From contig NC_043006.1 of NCBI RefSeq assembly GCF_006345805.1, forward strand, positions 9,920,001 to 9,984,000: DNA of 64,000 bases. Direction: 5' to 3'. The notes under the pieces were generated by a model, which was not told the origin of the DNA, did no database searches, and worked only from the letters and a program-made list of their open reading frames with translations. Positions 1 to 13,721 of the stretch are shown here, one piece after another. A program made the position numbers and the translations under genes. Origin of the DNA: Octopus sinensis. Its lineage: Eukaryota. Position 1 is the stretch's first letter; every line of letters starts with the position of its first letter.

Positions 1-16
1 TTAATTATTATTATTA

Positions 17-1400
17 GTTCTGAGTCTTGAGCTTCTCAGCCATTGTTGGGATTTTGATTTGTTTATTTCTCTTTTGTTTAGCTTAGCCCGATATTTGCCA
101 TGTAGGGAGGTTTTCTTGCCATCGTTTTATCATGGTCTGTTGTTGTTCTAGTTTTAGTTTGGATTTCACTTGTTTTCCAGCTTTTGTTGTTTCTTTTTTT
201 TCTTTTCTTCATAGTTACTAGTTACTATGACTTCTTTTTCTGTATTTGTCAGTTTCCTTAAAGATAGAAAACAGTTTGTTTTGTTTTGTCCTGTTTTGTG
301 GCTATTTGTATGAGCTTTTCTTTCTTCTGAAGTAGGTACTTCTATAATTCTATGGTGGTTATTTGTAATAGTTTTCTACCTGTGTAAGTTCTCTGTCTCC
401 TATGATACATTGTATACATTACATTTCTATGTCAGATTTTGGGTTTTGCACCCTAAAACCTCTCATTATCTTTTTTGTTTCCCTGTCTATTTTGATTAGT
501 TCATTTAGAGTCCAGTTAAGAATATCATAGCTGCAACTTTTGCATTCAGCTCTGCTTTCAGAATTAACCTAACTCGTCTATAGTATTCCTTTTTTTATCT
601 TCTCTTTCATTTGTGTGTGTTGTATCGTATCTAGTTCATTGATTTCTAAGTACTTGTATGTCTGGCTTTGGGGTAATTCTGTAATTCTGTTATTTCATGT
701 TACACTCAACTAGTTTTTCTCTTTTCAAGATTGCTTTCGAACTTTTTCGCAACTAAATTTCATGTTTATTTCTTTGGTAAGTCCTTGGTAAGTCCTTGTA
801 CTGCCTGTAGTAAAGTTTCCAATCGTTTCCCATATACACAATGCAGTTTTAAACTATCCATATACAAGAGATGCTTGATTGTTTTGCCGTAAGAGTTGTA
901 TTCACATCCAGTTCTGTTTACCATGTCAGATAGAGGTTTCAGTACAAAGTCAGAAAAAGGAGTGGAAAGGGCGTGTCTCCCTGGAATATTCTTCTTCCAA
1001 TGGGAATGGCTTTCGCTTTTATGAGTCCCTCTTTTGTCTGGAGTTGTAACACTGTTTGATACTTATTCATGAAATGTTTTATATGTTTTATGATTATGGG
1101 GGCTCCCTTGTTCATGGTTAGTGTTTCTAGAATTCATGTGTGGGGAATACTATCAACAGCCTTTCGATAATCGATCCAAGCTATATTCATACCCCTGTTT
1201 TTCCTATGGCTGTCTTCAGTTATGGCTTTATTGATCAATAACTGATTTTTACATCCATATGAGACCTTGCACCACCACCTTTGCACTTTTGTAAACAATT
1301 TTCTTCTTCCAGATGTTTGCCCATTCTGTGCGATATTATTGCAGGAAAGTCTTTGTAAATTGTAGGGTGACAAGTTATTGGTCTGTAATTGTGTGGGTTT
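17..1400 (-). mobile_element. Degenerate R4/Dong-like non-LTR retrotransposon, reverse transcriptase region
   Basis: Minus-strand RT motifs in the correct order across frameshifts: AWIDYRKAVDSIPH (~1135-1185), RRIFQGDTPFPL (~960-995, QGD motif), KHLLYMDS (~853-876, YMDD-like), YKYL (~648-659). A (TAA)n/(CAA)n run abuts the 5' side. Confidence 0.85.
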
Positions 1401-1426
1401 GCCGTTTAAGTGGATTATAATTAATA

Positions 1427-1487
1427 TTGTTGTTGTTGTTACTGTTGTTGTTGTTATTGCTATTATCATTATTATTATTATTGTTGC

Positions 1488-1554
<67 letters not shown>

Positions 1555-1578
1555 TTTATTATTGTTATCGTTATTAAT
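1427..1578. repeat. (TTG)n/(TTA)n microsatellite
   Basis: Direct reading; source of the poly-L/I/N ORFs. Confidence 0.95.
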
Positions 1579-2084
1579 ATTAGTATGGCTGTTTTTCAAA
1601 CCGTGTCACAGCAGCAACAAAGACTATCCACCACACTCCTCGGTCCATCATCCTTACTCACAGGTCCTGGATACAGTTTGCAATCGAATTGTCGATGCAA
1701 CTGGGCTAATCGATTTACATCAAATTCACAGCAGAATCCTTCCGCCCCAACATGTTAACTGGGTTCGTGCTTTGAACAGTAATCTCTCCTGCACCTTTGC
1801 TGACCCCCTTACATCCATAAGCGCCACTCACAGCTACGTATAAAGACTGTTAAACCCGGTGGCATCCCAAAGTGTAAAACTTCTGGAGCATCATTTTATT
1901 ACGATTAGACAATATTCAATGAGATTTCTTCAACATACGTAGAACTCAGCTTTCCTACTCGTTCCATTTTAGTATTGATTTCTCGTGTAGATCAATTTGT
2001 ATACGAATTCCGAATAGTACACTATTTTGTCTTATGAAACTTATTTCTAATGTCACAAATTTTATTTATACAGCCTAAATCATT

Positions 2085-2355
2085 GAATCTGATCTCGCTC
2101 TAACTATGTACCGATCTACTTATCTATCCAGTTAGGGTCCTATAAATTTACAGCTAATGGAAGCTTACATTCTCATATAACTTACCAGTGCGTTATGAGA
2201 AGTTTACTGGAATTAATAAAACACCACTCACAGCCAAAATCCGTGAATCTATTTCTCGCTCTCCCTATCTAGCTATCTACTTATCTACCTAGTTAGGCTC
2301 CTGTAAATTTACAACTAATAGAAGCTTACATTCTCACATAACTTACTAGTGCGTT
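2085..2355. repeat. Local duplication of a ~110-bp segment (2085-2193 vs 2245-2355)
   Basis: Shared sequence gaatct..tctcgctct...atctacttatcta...agttagg...taaatttaca.ctaat.gaagcttacattctca.ataactta.tagtgcgtt. Confidence 0.8.
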
Positions 2356-2884
2356 CCCATTTACGAAAAATTTACTAAAATAATGACTTTTCTATCGTTG
2401 CATCTTCCGTTTCTCACCCACTTTTTCAGCGGTGATTTCTGTCAATGTTTCATTATACGTACGCGTAATTTCGCAGCGACTTTTGACATCATTTGTTAGC
2501 TACATACTGCCCAAAGAAGCCTATCAAAGCTCACACTTTCATTCTAAAACACTAAACACGTACAAGATGCTACCTTCGAAAGGTAACCGAATATTATTTC
2601 CTAAACTTCCTAACTGTAGAGCATGCTGATACAAAATTCAATGGTGTATACTGAATTGTTTATGCTAAATCTGTTTTGACTCCCTAAAAGCTGTTTCCAG
2701 AAACGACTTCCAGTTTGGCGTAATAATTTCGCTGATTCCCACAGTGAAGCATATTTCCAGCGCTTATTAATTTTTGGTTATACCTTTTCCTTCCATCATG
2801 GTGATGTAAAATTTATGTGTCTATTATATATATGTGTGTGTGTATGTATGTATATGTATGTATGTATATATGTATGCATGTATG

Positions 2885-2916
<32 letters not shown>

Positions 2917-4287
2917 AGTATGCATGTATGTATGTATATTGCACAGTGGAAGTGAGAATCAAATAGGGTATAGAGTTAATTCCTTAGAATTAGGTGGAAA
3001 TATGTTGGTATGTGATTCCTTGAATGCTTAGACATAGTATGTACTAAACGTCAATTTGAAGGAATTCTATATCCGGATAAATAGCCGAATGTTTTTGTAT
3101 ACAATTAGATTTATGATCGACATTATAAATAATCCGAGTGATAAATGCAGGTGAAATGCAATAAATTAGATTTGGTTAAATTGCATTTTTACTGTGTGTA
3201 TATATATATTTTTTTTTATTGTGGTTAACTGATTCATAGAATATTTATAATGGTGGATTAGGTGAAGTTAATGAGGGTTATGCCCTCATTAGATGAATAA
3301 AATATTGTTCAAATGTAGCGCACCTGAGCTACGAAAGGTACATTACTTCTAAAATGGGCATGGAATGAAAGTGGATTTTATAAATATATTTGATATTCGT
3401 AGTAGAGGCATTGTAAGTATGATGTGTGTTGTGAGAAATTTTATGTTAAACCATCAAAATGGTGAGCAATGTAATAGTAAGTATATTTTTGATATAGTTT
3501 GGTCGCTATAATTTGATGATTTAAAGTTACAAATATAGGTTTCAATTGACACTAGTATTTTAGTGTTTAGATATGTACTTTTAGACTCTATATTCAGAAA
3601 TATGTGAGTTTTGAATATTTTTTAAATAGCTATTTTATATTTATGCTACGATATTCTATAAGCTGCATTAAATTCATTGGTAACTTATTAATTCTGCATA
3701 CCTTAATTGGTTATATCGCCGTAGGAAATGGCTTATTAATATAACTGCCACAAATTTTGTTCGACCAATTTGTGTCATATATTCACACCCAAAATACGTC
3801 ACAATAAAAGTACTCACCGTTCACCAAAATGCAGTTATTTGGGTTTGTTTAATGTAGTTACCCCCAGTTTTGCAGACTTATTGCTTTACAGAAACTCTTA
3901 GTGTACCATGGGATTCCATAACGCAAAATCTATTTACCTTTTCGTTCACCCTTTACAATTGCTACTGTATACATTAAAATGGAAGTACTTTTCATATATA
4001 TTTGTATTGAGTTAATGTTTTTTCCCTTTAGATAACCGACAAACGAGATCTATTTATATTTTAGTTGCATTCATTAATCATTTGCAAATAAAATTCTTTC
4101 GGCAATAAATTTATATTCTTTTTAGTTTTGTATTTTGTCTAAGACAAGCACAGGTGAATCATTTGCTTTATATGTACAGATGTACATGTGTTTGCGCTTG
4201 TTCATATGTTTGTATAAACCTCTCTCTCTCATTCTCTTTCTTTCCCCCGCTTTCCCTCTCTAATTCTCTCTCTATCTCTCTCTCTCG

Positions 4288-4340
<53 letters not shown>

Positions 4341-5127
4341 GAGAGAGAGAGATAGGTAGATAGACACACATGCGCGTGTATGTGTGCGTGTGTGTTTGTG
4401 CGTGTGTGTGAATATCTGCCTCTGTGTGTGTGTTTATTACAGTATTATTCTGATAAAATTCACATTATATTCCTGTCCGACACGCGTTTCAGCTGGATAA
4501 GTGTCCTAATGCCATTTGATGTACTATTTATGAATATTTAGTTAGTTCAGTTGCAATCATGCTGATAGACGTGCACATAAGTTGACCTAGTGAAATATCG
4601 TAGCCTTACTGTAGTTAGCTTTTTAACAATTTCACAATAAACCTCATATCTCTTTATTTTTCTATTAACATTTATAATTTAAGTGAACAGTTTTTAAGTG
4701 AAAAGATTTTACGACACCATTACCTAGGTTTAAAATCTCAGTGTACGTGACACTAAGCATCTCTTCGAAATACGATATTGCAACAATGTTGATAGCATTT
4801 CAGCATTCTTTTAATTGTTCCATTCACCGCCTTTTAGTCAAGATCACTTATGCAGCAGAAAAACGGATCGATTTGTTATCCAATGTGAATTTACTGAGAA
4901 TGAGGTTGTAAAAACAAATAGTTTTAAAGATGTTTAAATCTCCATTCTTCTTTATCATATTTTGATTATATACCGTGTATGGCGTATAAAACTCAGTATT
5001 TACCTATTGAGTGAAGTATCGCATAATTGTTTATCTACAATTATTCTATGTGTTGCCTATTATTTGATGTGGTGAGCCAGAACGGATGCCTAATCGGAGT
5101 GCTAATAAGATACCTGCCCGGAATAAA

Positions 5128-5544
5128 GACGGTGAGCTGGCAGAAGCGTTAGCACGCCGGGTGAAATGCGTAGCCGTGTTTCGTCTGCTGTGACGTTCTG
5201 AGTTCAAATTCCGCCGAGGTTGACTTTGCCTTTCATCCTTTCGGGGTCGATAAATTAAGTACCAGTTACGCACTGGGGTCGAATTAATCGACTTAATCCG
5301 TTTGTCTGTCCTTGTTTGTCCTCTCTGTGTTTAACCCCTTGTGGGTAGTAAAGCAATAGGCATTTCGCCTGCCGCTACGTTCTGAGTTCAAATTCCGCCG
5401 AGGTCGGCTTTGTGTTTCACCCTTTCGGGGTCGATTAAATAAGTACTTGTTATGCAATGGGATCGATATAATCGACTTTATCCGTTTGTCTGACCTTTTT
5501 TGTCCTCTGTGTGTTTAGCCCCTTGTGAGTAGCAAAGGAATAAG
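5128..5544 (+). mobile_element. tRNA-derived SINE family A with internally duplicated 3' half and 14-bp TSD
   Basis: A-box-like gagctggcagaagcgttagc, B-box gagttcaaattcc, conserved core gcctttcatcctttcggggtcgataaa. The 3' part is repeated at ~5360-5543. Direct repeat tacctgcccggaat at 5111-5124 and 5545-5558. Confidence 0.9.
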
Positions 5545-5586
5545 TACCTGCCCGGAATCCAAAATCACTATTCTTTTGCGTAGTAA

Positions 5587-5606
5587 CTATCTATCTATCT
5601 ATCAAC

Positions 5607-5674
<68 letters not shown>

Positions 5675-5870
5675 ATATCTATCTATCTATCTATCTATCA
5701 ACCTATCTATCTATCTATCTATCTATCTATCAACCTATCTATCAACCTATCTATCTATCTATCTATCTATCTGTCTGTCTAGATGTCTGTCTTCCTGTCC
5801 TTATCTCTCTCACTCTGTGTGTCTGTCTGTCTGTGTGTGTGTGTTTGTGTGCGTGCATGTATGTATACAT
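5587..5870. repeat. (TATC)n/(TGTC)n/(TG)n compound microsatellite
   Basis: Direct reading. Confidence 0.95.
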
Positions 5871-7056
5871 AAACAAAATTGCTTCTAACGCTAAGTGATT
5901 GTAAGATAATGCGCAAAGTTCTACATGGCTGGAACTGATATGGTATGAAACAGCAACGCAGTACCTTCAATTCTTAGTCAGTAAGTGTTTCGCAAATGCG
6001 TGTTGTTTTAGAAATACAAGGGAATATCGGGAAAACATTTTATGTGAGTATCACGGAAAAAAATAAAAGGTTTATGGAAAATAAGTAATGATATACTGCG
6101 GAAGCATGTGCCTCATATAACACATCACGGGAAATAATTTGTGAACCAGTGGCCCTATGTGAACACTTTACAACACATATGTCTTAGAAGATCGAATATA
6201 AAACAATGCGATCTATCAAAGTGAATGGCATTCAAGATTAAGGAAAATTTCAAGGGTTTTGATGTAAAGCTCTTACAAAAGATGTCAATCGATACTTATA
6301 GCGTCGCTTCTAAACTCAATAGTACAGTGGGTGAAAAATGGCAATAAAACCCATATCATGTGAGCCGTGACAATTTGATAGCAACTGAAATACCAAACAT
6401 TCGTTGAGAAACATCAGTGAAAGGAAAGTTAAGGTTCGGAGACAATAACAGTAATAAATCTCAAATAATTTATGTTTTCGTACATTGGACAGCACTGCCA
6501 CAAGTTTCAAAGGCGATCAATTGAAAACATATTCTCCCTTTGATCTTTGAAAAATAAAACCTTTACATTTTCACATACACACTCTCGCGCACAACCAAAC
6601 ACACACAAGTAAACACTCACACACATACACTCACACATCCATATATAAATACGAGCTGGTCACTAAGGAAATAATTTAGTTACATTTTTTTTTTCTTCTG
6701 ACGCATGAGAGATACACGCAAATACATATATACACAAATATATAGATATACTTCTGCTTATACGCACGGATATTGACATATATGAGTGTATGTACGCATG
6801 TATGTATATAAGTAGGTATGTATGTATATGCACTTACGCGAATAGATATATAATTGTAACAAATATGTATTTTATGTATACCTGTGTGTGTGTGTGTCTG
6901 TGTGCTTGTGTGTGCTTAAGCGTATCTGTAAAAAGAGAGAAAGAGGAAGGGGTACGAAGGTGGGGACGTTCCCAAAATAGTGGAAAATATGTGTACTTAC
7001 ATAGTAGCATCACTCTTGTTTCTGTATATATATATATTATATATAGAGAGAGAGAC

Positions 7057-7154
<98 letters not shown>

Positions 7155-7501
7155 TATATATGTATATAGACACACACACACACGCACACAATTATTTATA
7201 TATACAATGAATGTATGCGTGACATTGAATGTGTGCACATATATGTATGCATACATTTCTTTCTCTATACACATACACACACACATGCGTAAACTTAACT
7301 CTTTACTAAATGTACGCCACACATATTAGACGCTAATATACATACGCATAAATACAATGGTGCAATGATTAATACATTAGAATATAGAGACGCCTGTTAT
7401 CTCATAGTAAAATGGGATATTTTTGAAAATATCGGTACGTTGTAGAGAATTCTTTCTTTTCACTTCATTAAAGTACCTCATTAGTTTGTACAAACAACAC
7501 A

Positions 7502-7537
<36 letters not shown>

Positions 7538-7658
7538 CACACACACAAAGTAATCACCCCGCATATTTTTATGGGTAATACCATAAAAAATTCTGGTGCA
7601 TCTAAATTAAGTTCCATATTCATTTGAATCTTAATTGTTTGCTGAACTTATATATATA

Positions 7659-8070
7659 GGCGCAGGAGTGGCTGTGTGGTAAGTAGCTTGTTTACCAGCC
7701 CCATGGTTCTGGGTTCTGTCCCACTGCTTGGCATCTTGGGCAAGTGTCTTCTACTATAGCCTCGGGCCGACCAAAGCCTTGTGAGTGGATTTGGTAGACG
7801 GAAACTGAAAGAAGTCCGTCGTATATATGTATATATATATATATATATGCGTGTGTGTGTCTGTGTGAGTGGTTTTGTCCCCCTAGTATTGATTGACAAC
7901 CGATGCTGGTGTGTTTATGTCCCTACTACTTAAGGGTTCGTCAAAACAGACCGATAGAATAAGTACTGGGCTTAGAAAAGAATAAGTCCCGGGGTCGAGT
8001 TGCTCGATTCAAGGCGGTGCTCCAGCATGGCCGCAGTCAAATGACTGAAACAAGTAAAAGAGTAAAAGAG
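7659..8070 (+). mobile_element. tRNA-derived CORE-type SINE family B, full length, with internal (TA)/(TG) microsatellite
   Basis: Head ggcgcaggagtggctgtgtggtaag, B-box-like gggttctgtccc, CORE-like cttgggcaagtgtcttct, and tail ...aaacaagtaaaagagtaaaagag. Matches copies at 8386 and 49004. Confidence 0.9.
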
Positions 8071-8076
8071 TATTAT

Positions 8077-8130
<54 letters not shown>

Positions 8131-8385
8131 CCCGAGTGTAGCTTCTTTGAATTTAACAGAATCAGAACGCAAATTTTGTTTCAAAAACATCATATAGCTA
8201 ATCCTCTCATATATGAATGCACGTATATATATATGTACATATATATATTCATATATATGCTCACACAGATATACACTAAATACATAGTATACGTTAAGAT
8301 ATATGAGTGCGTGCGTATATGTATGAGTGTGTATGTGTGTGTGTGTGTTGTGTGTGTGTGTGTTAAGTGCCATCCCTCCACATGT

Positions 8386-8559
8386 GACGCAGGAGTGGCT
8401 GTGTGGTAAGTAGCTTGCTAACCAACCACATGGTTGCGGGTTCAGTCCCACTGCGTGGCATCTTGGGCAAGTGTCTTCTGCTATAGCCCTGGGCCGACCA
8501 ATGCCTTGTGAGTGGATTTGGTAGACGGAAACTGAAAGAAGCCTGTCGTATATTTGCAT

Positions 8560-8602
<43 letters not shown>

Positions 8603-8834
8603 ATATATGTGTGTGTGTGTGTGTGGTGTGTGTTGGTGTGGGTGTGTGTTTGTGTGTGTGTGTTTGTGTGTCTGTGTTTACGTCCCCGTCACTTAGCGGT
8701 TCGGCAAAAGAGACCGATAGAATAAGTACTGGGCTTACAATGAATAAGTCCCGGGGTCGATTTGCTCGACTAAAGGCGGTGCTCCAGCATGGCCGCAGTC
8801 AAATGACTGAAACAAGTAAAAGAGTAAAAGAGAG
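8386..8834 (+). mobile_element. SINE family B copy
   Basis: Same head, body and (gtaaaaga)n tail as 7659-8070. Confidence 0.9.
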
Positions 8835-9213
8835 TATGTAAATGGTAACTCATTGAATTTCTAACCAGCCCCTTGCGTATGAAAGTGCTCTCTCATCGTC
8901 TCTCGAACGTATTTTCAGTTAATCTTACCAAAGTTTGTTGATGTGTATGTACTTGCTGAATGTCAGTGCTATATATCTAAACGAAGAATCGAACCTAAAA
9001 TTACAGCTCATATGCGTATATAAATATTGTCTCTTCATATAGAACACCCATGTTTAGGTGACGACAAACATTAGTTCTCAGCATGAATACTCTTTCATCT
9101 CTAATAGAGATCTTCTTAGTGAACTAATTGTCTAGTAGAAAGACTAATGGTGGTGTGACACTATTTTTCTATATATTGGAAGCTGGCAGTGCTATGTCTA
9201 GCCGATGGTTATG

Positions 9214-9260
9214 CATCACTGCGGATGATCAATTTAAGATCGAAATCACGTGATATGATG
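9214..9260 (+). ncRNA. Degenerate type I hammerhead ribozyme motif
   Basis: catca-CTGCGGA(t)-gatc..gatc-GAAA-tcacgtga-TA-tgatg. Helix I catca/tgatg, helix II gatc/gatc, palindromic helix III. The core has an A6->C change. Confidence 0.55.
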
Positions 9261-10469
9261 ATCTGCGAGATAGAAGAGTAGAGGTTCTCTCCTCACTTGC
9301 AATAGATACATCGAGTGCAAAGCGCACTGGATAATCAGCTGGAGAAAGCGTCCTCGTGGGGTCAAAATATCATTATCGTTTGTTCTTATGGAACACCCAG
9401 GTTTATGCGGTGATACACATTACTACATATTCACACTAATTTGTTTATATATGTGTTTATTGTGAGTGCTTATGTACGTGTGTTGGTGTATGTGTGTGTG
9501 CGTGTGTGTGTGTGTATCTGCGCGCGTGTGTCGGTGTCAGTGTGTCTGTGTAATGCAATAAACAGAGGACTTAAATGTAATCCAATATAAGTTTCATTAT
9601 TGGAAATCGGATGTGTTTGTATAGCATGCTGTGCGCTATCCTGCAATCATTCATATAAAGAATGATAATATCCTGACCCCGGACGATTGCAGAATAGTAC
9701 ACGGCACCCCGTATACGCTGGTTTTATTACTACACAATATGAGCATCAAACGTTTGTCAGTTTACATTTGAATCATGTGTATATTAAATCATAATTATAT
9801 CTCATTGGGTGGAGTCATTTTGTGTTGATTTTCCCAATGCGGTGAATGTCTAATTGAGACACGTTAGTTCCTTTGTTCCTCTATGCATTTCTCTCCAGTG
9901 CGTTCTTCAATATAAGTTCGTATGCTGGAATCATAAGAGACTTGTAGTTTTTGGTGAGCGTGAACCTCATATGGAATTGTGGCGTATAAGAACACTCGTT
10001 CTCCTATCGGTTACGGGCACCGAAACAGACAGATCACGTTACTTTGTCCCTCCCTGAAATTTTCATTGAGGGACGTCCGGTTAAACACAGCAGTCTATTC
10101 TCTCGTCGATATTTTGAATCACAGTGTCTATTCAGGACCTGGTGACCGAAAGATTCAATGGGTTTATTAAAAAATAAATTATGAGAAGACCACTTATATA
10201 GATTTCTAAAGCATTTAAAGGTACACACGAAGCACTAATATATTATGAATTAAATTGTTTTTATATCTATTTGTGAATATTCCATATTTCTCCATAGAAA
10301 TAATCTACACCCATATTGTCCATTTGTGTATGGTTGAGCCCTACTTACTATGACACACTTTACGCTGAGTTTAATATTATCATTCTTCAGTTCTTAGATC
10401 TTTGTAGATAAGGATGTGCTAATGGCCTTATGTCTAAGTCTAAACGATGAAAGGTGGTTATTCAATCGA

Positions 10470-11400
10470 TATTTTTCTCAGAGCACCCGATGTAAATATA
10501 GTTATTAGTATCCGTCATAACCGTACATATATATATTACATTATTAGTTAAACACCGACCTAATAATGGAAAATGGGACCTTTCCATACAATTTCCATGG
10601 TCATTAGTATTACTAGTTTTTATTTTCATATTATTAACAGTCATAGACCCATCATCAGGGATACTATTAAGTTGATAGAGTTGCTATCAAGGATTACATC
10701 GACACTACTCTGGTTGATATTAGTATTATTAATTATCTTATGCAAGATGTCTCTTCCCGCTAAATTATTCACAGCCACATCTTGTTTATGTTATTAATCG
10801 TAATACTCTCATTGTTACGCTTAGACATGTTTATGGCTGTTAGATTATTAGAATGATCAATATTCATAATTCCTTGCTGTGTCTCAATGTTTAGTTAAGT
10901 TGCTGTTGTTATATCTTTCGACCTTTCCGAGTTTAGAAAAGTAATCTGTTTGTATCTTGGCTTAGAGATGAGTTAGAGAAGTATCTAAGCTGTATGTTCA
11001 AATAACGTTTTGCTTATATTTTGTTGCCATTCATTTTGAAATTTTATAAATATTCATTTTTAACTTATTTTTATTTATATACTCTGCACTTTTTCTTATT
11101 AATCTTATATCTTAATTCATCTGTTTTTCTTACAATTTTAAGTACATTTTAAATTGTTTTACCCATATTTAATTTTTAATTTCTCTTGCTACAATAATAT
11201 TCTAACTACGTTAAATTGTAGTAGTCCCTTTTATTCCCAAACAATTATTTCCACTCCTAGTTAATGGCTTCCCCGTATAACCCTTATTCCATTATCATTC
11301 AAAGTTTTCTTCAAATAATAAGGTGATTAATAGAGGTTGGGTCAGCTTTCGTTCTTTCTTTCCTTCTTATCATCCCTTCCCCATCACTCATTTCCTTATT
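10470..11400 (-). mobile_element. Degenerate Penelope-like element remnant (GIY-YIG trace plus HHR-like pLTR)
   Basis: Minus strand gives IYKI...YISKT-like codons near 11005-11052. Downstream is tagtatcc-CTGATGA...aaaaCTAGTA-atacta (10605-10666), a decayed HHR. Confidence 0.45.
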
Positions 11401-11652
11401 ACTACCTCCTGCCTCGCCTATTTGCAGAGATAAAGCCTGTGCATTGGTTCAATCACAAACGACCTTGGTCATTTAGACCACAATTCATTTCCTACCACTG
11501 ACCAGTAGACATTAAACAAGATCTTGATAAATAAAAAAATCTCGTCTATTCGAGCCGCGCCCACCTTTATTGTTAGAAGTATAGATATCTGGGTCACTGG
11601 AGTCAGTTATTCCTTCACCCTCCTAAAAATTCTAACCCATAAACGTCTCTGT

Positions 11653-12129
11653 TTTGACCAAATATACACCATTCTGGTAAATTGACTCTGCCATCTGAAA
11701 TAGTAGCAGAATCAATTTAGATATTTTTGCTCCGTGGATTTGAAACTATGTAGAGGAATTACAACCGTGTTTCGTGTTCTGCTACCAAAACAGCTCCTTT
11801 ATAGGATCCCGTTAGCTCAAAACATCATCAAGAGAAACCACGTCCGGTTTCGGCCCCTACTCCTCTACTGTTTTAACGTGGCGCCCCCCTCCTTTCGGAG
11901 GTGTCTTCAGCTCTGGTGTTGGGTGCATGTCTTCTTTCTTCTGTTCCCTGGCCTCTTCGATGTATCGTCAGCGAGTGTCAGCTGGTGACTGACTGTCTTG
12001 TCAAATTTCTCCCTTTAAATACCTGCCGCTTTGACCAAATACACACCATTCTGGTACATTGACTCTGCCATGTGAAATAGTAGCAGAATCAATTTAAATA
12101 TTTTTGTTCCTTGGATTTGAAACTATGTA
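11653..12129. repeat. 100-bp direct repeats (11653-11752, 12030-12129) flanking a ~277-bp GC-richer insert
   Basis: tttgaccaaata.acaccattctggta.attgactctgccat...ggatttgaaactatgta is present twice. Confidence 0.85.
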
Positions 12130-12554
12130 AAGATCATTGTGAATGTCCATCATTTTGAAGTTCATGAATTCATGTGACAAAAATAGTTTCTTTATAAATA
12201 TGAAATATTTTCATTTATCAACTAAATGAGTCGTTTTAAATGGCTGCGATGGATTGACACCTGTATGTTTCTGTTACTCATTTATTTATTATTTACTCGG
12301 AATCTGCCTTTCGTTCATATTATGGACAATATCACAGTATGCATGTGTGTGTATCGACTAACGCATACATTTCCAAATTCTCAACCGAATTTCACCAATG
12401 TTTACACACACATTACTTATTTCCCACGAATCGCCATGCAATACAATATTTTACCCAGAGCTTCCGCGTATGTGGACAAACCGGGAAAGCGGTGGTTTAC
12501 ACGGCTTTTTCTCTAATACATTGTATCTACTTAGCTCTTTTTGTATGTAGGACC

Positions 12555-12973
12555 TTCCATAATTTTTTAATCTATATGATCGTATATTGGCATTAGAGAA
12601 TATTTTAATGGTTTTCACATTTTTATTTATTATTTATTTATATGTTTTAATTGTGTATTATTACTTTCTATATTTTTTAGATTTGTATTGTTGTTGTGTA
12701 TTGAGTGTTTTGGTTAGAGAATATCATAAAGTGAAAGGATTTGTCTGTTTATTTCGACTATTTTCCATAGTTTTTAAATCTATATGGTCATATATTTGCA
12801 TTACAGAATATTTTTTAGTTCTTTTCACACTTTTTGATATATTATTCATTTATACATTGTAATTGTGTATTACTACTTTTATATTTTTATGTGTATCGGT
12901 GTGTATTTCTGAGTATTTTCGTTAGAGAATATTATAAAAGTGGAAGGATGATGTCTATCTATTTATTTCGACT
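12555..12973. repeat. Diverged tandem duplication, ~208-bp period
   Basis: ttccata.tttt..aatctatatg...gttagagaatat.ataaa.gtg.aaggat...tttatttcgact repeated. Confidence 0.8.
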
Positions 12974-13635
12974 GCCCACCTACGACGGTGATTAAACTTA
13001 TTAGGAGCACTGCACGCGATGAATATCCTATACCAAACAATACTAATCTCCATATTTAAAATGCATTAAACTTTGGCAAGCTTACCTTTAGCTAGTCTGT
13101 GTTACGTGAAAGATGATGTTCCCCACCCTCTCTTCTATTTGTTGATACATTTGTTTACCTACTAATGCTTGATTCTCTTTAAGGATACTTATTTGCCCAT
13201 CCATTAGGATATTTCGAGTGTTGTCCATTATTTCAAATACGTTTTAGCATTGTCGTTCTAGCCTTTTTTAAACAATCACAAGTTATTTTGTTTCATGTAA
13301 CACAACTATATTTTGTAGTCATTATCCGGAATCTACTACTAAAACTTTTCAGTAGCTCTACTTTGCATAGCTTGCAAACTTATATGTTCTATGATCATTA
13401 ATGTGCAATGACCTCTACAATAACCAGATTTCAATTTGGTTCTCCGTTCCTAGGTTAATCGGAAACATAAATTGCCGTGCTTATCATAAACCTACTCGGT
13501 AGTTCAATTATCTGTTGAAAAAAATACCACCAAAGCAACTTAAACCGCCCAAAGTACGTTGCGGTTGCAAGTAAAATATAATATATATGCGTGCGTATAT
13601 ATTGATAGATAGTCAAGCAAACATATTAACAAACA

Positions 13636-13636
13636 T

Positions 13637-13720
<84 letters not shown>
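13636..13720. repeat. (GATA)n microsatellite
   Basis: Direct reading. Confidence 0.95.
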
Positions 13721-13721
<1 letters not shown>

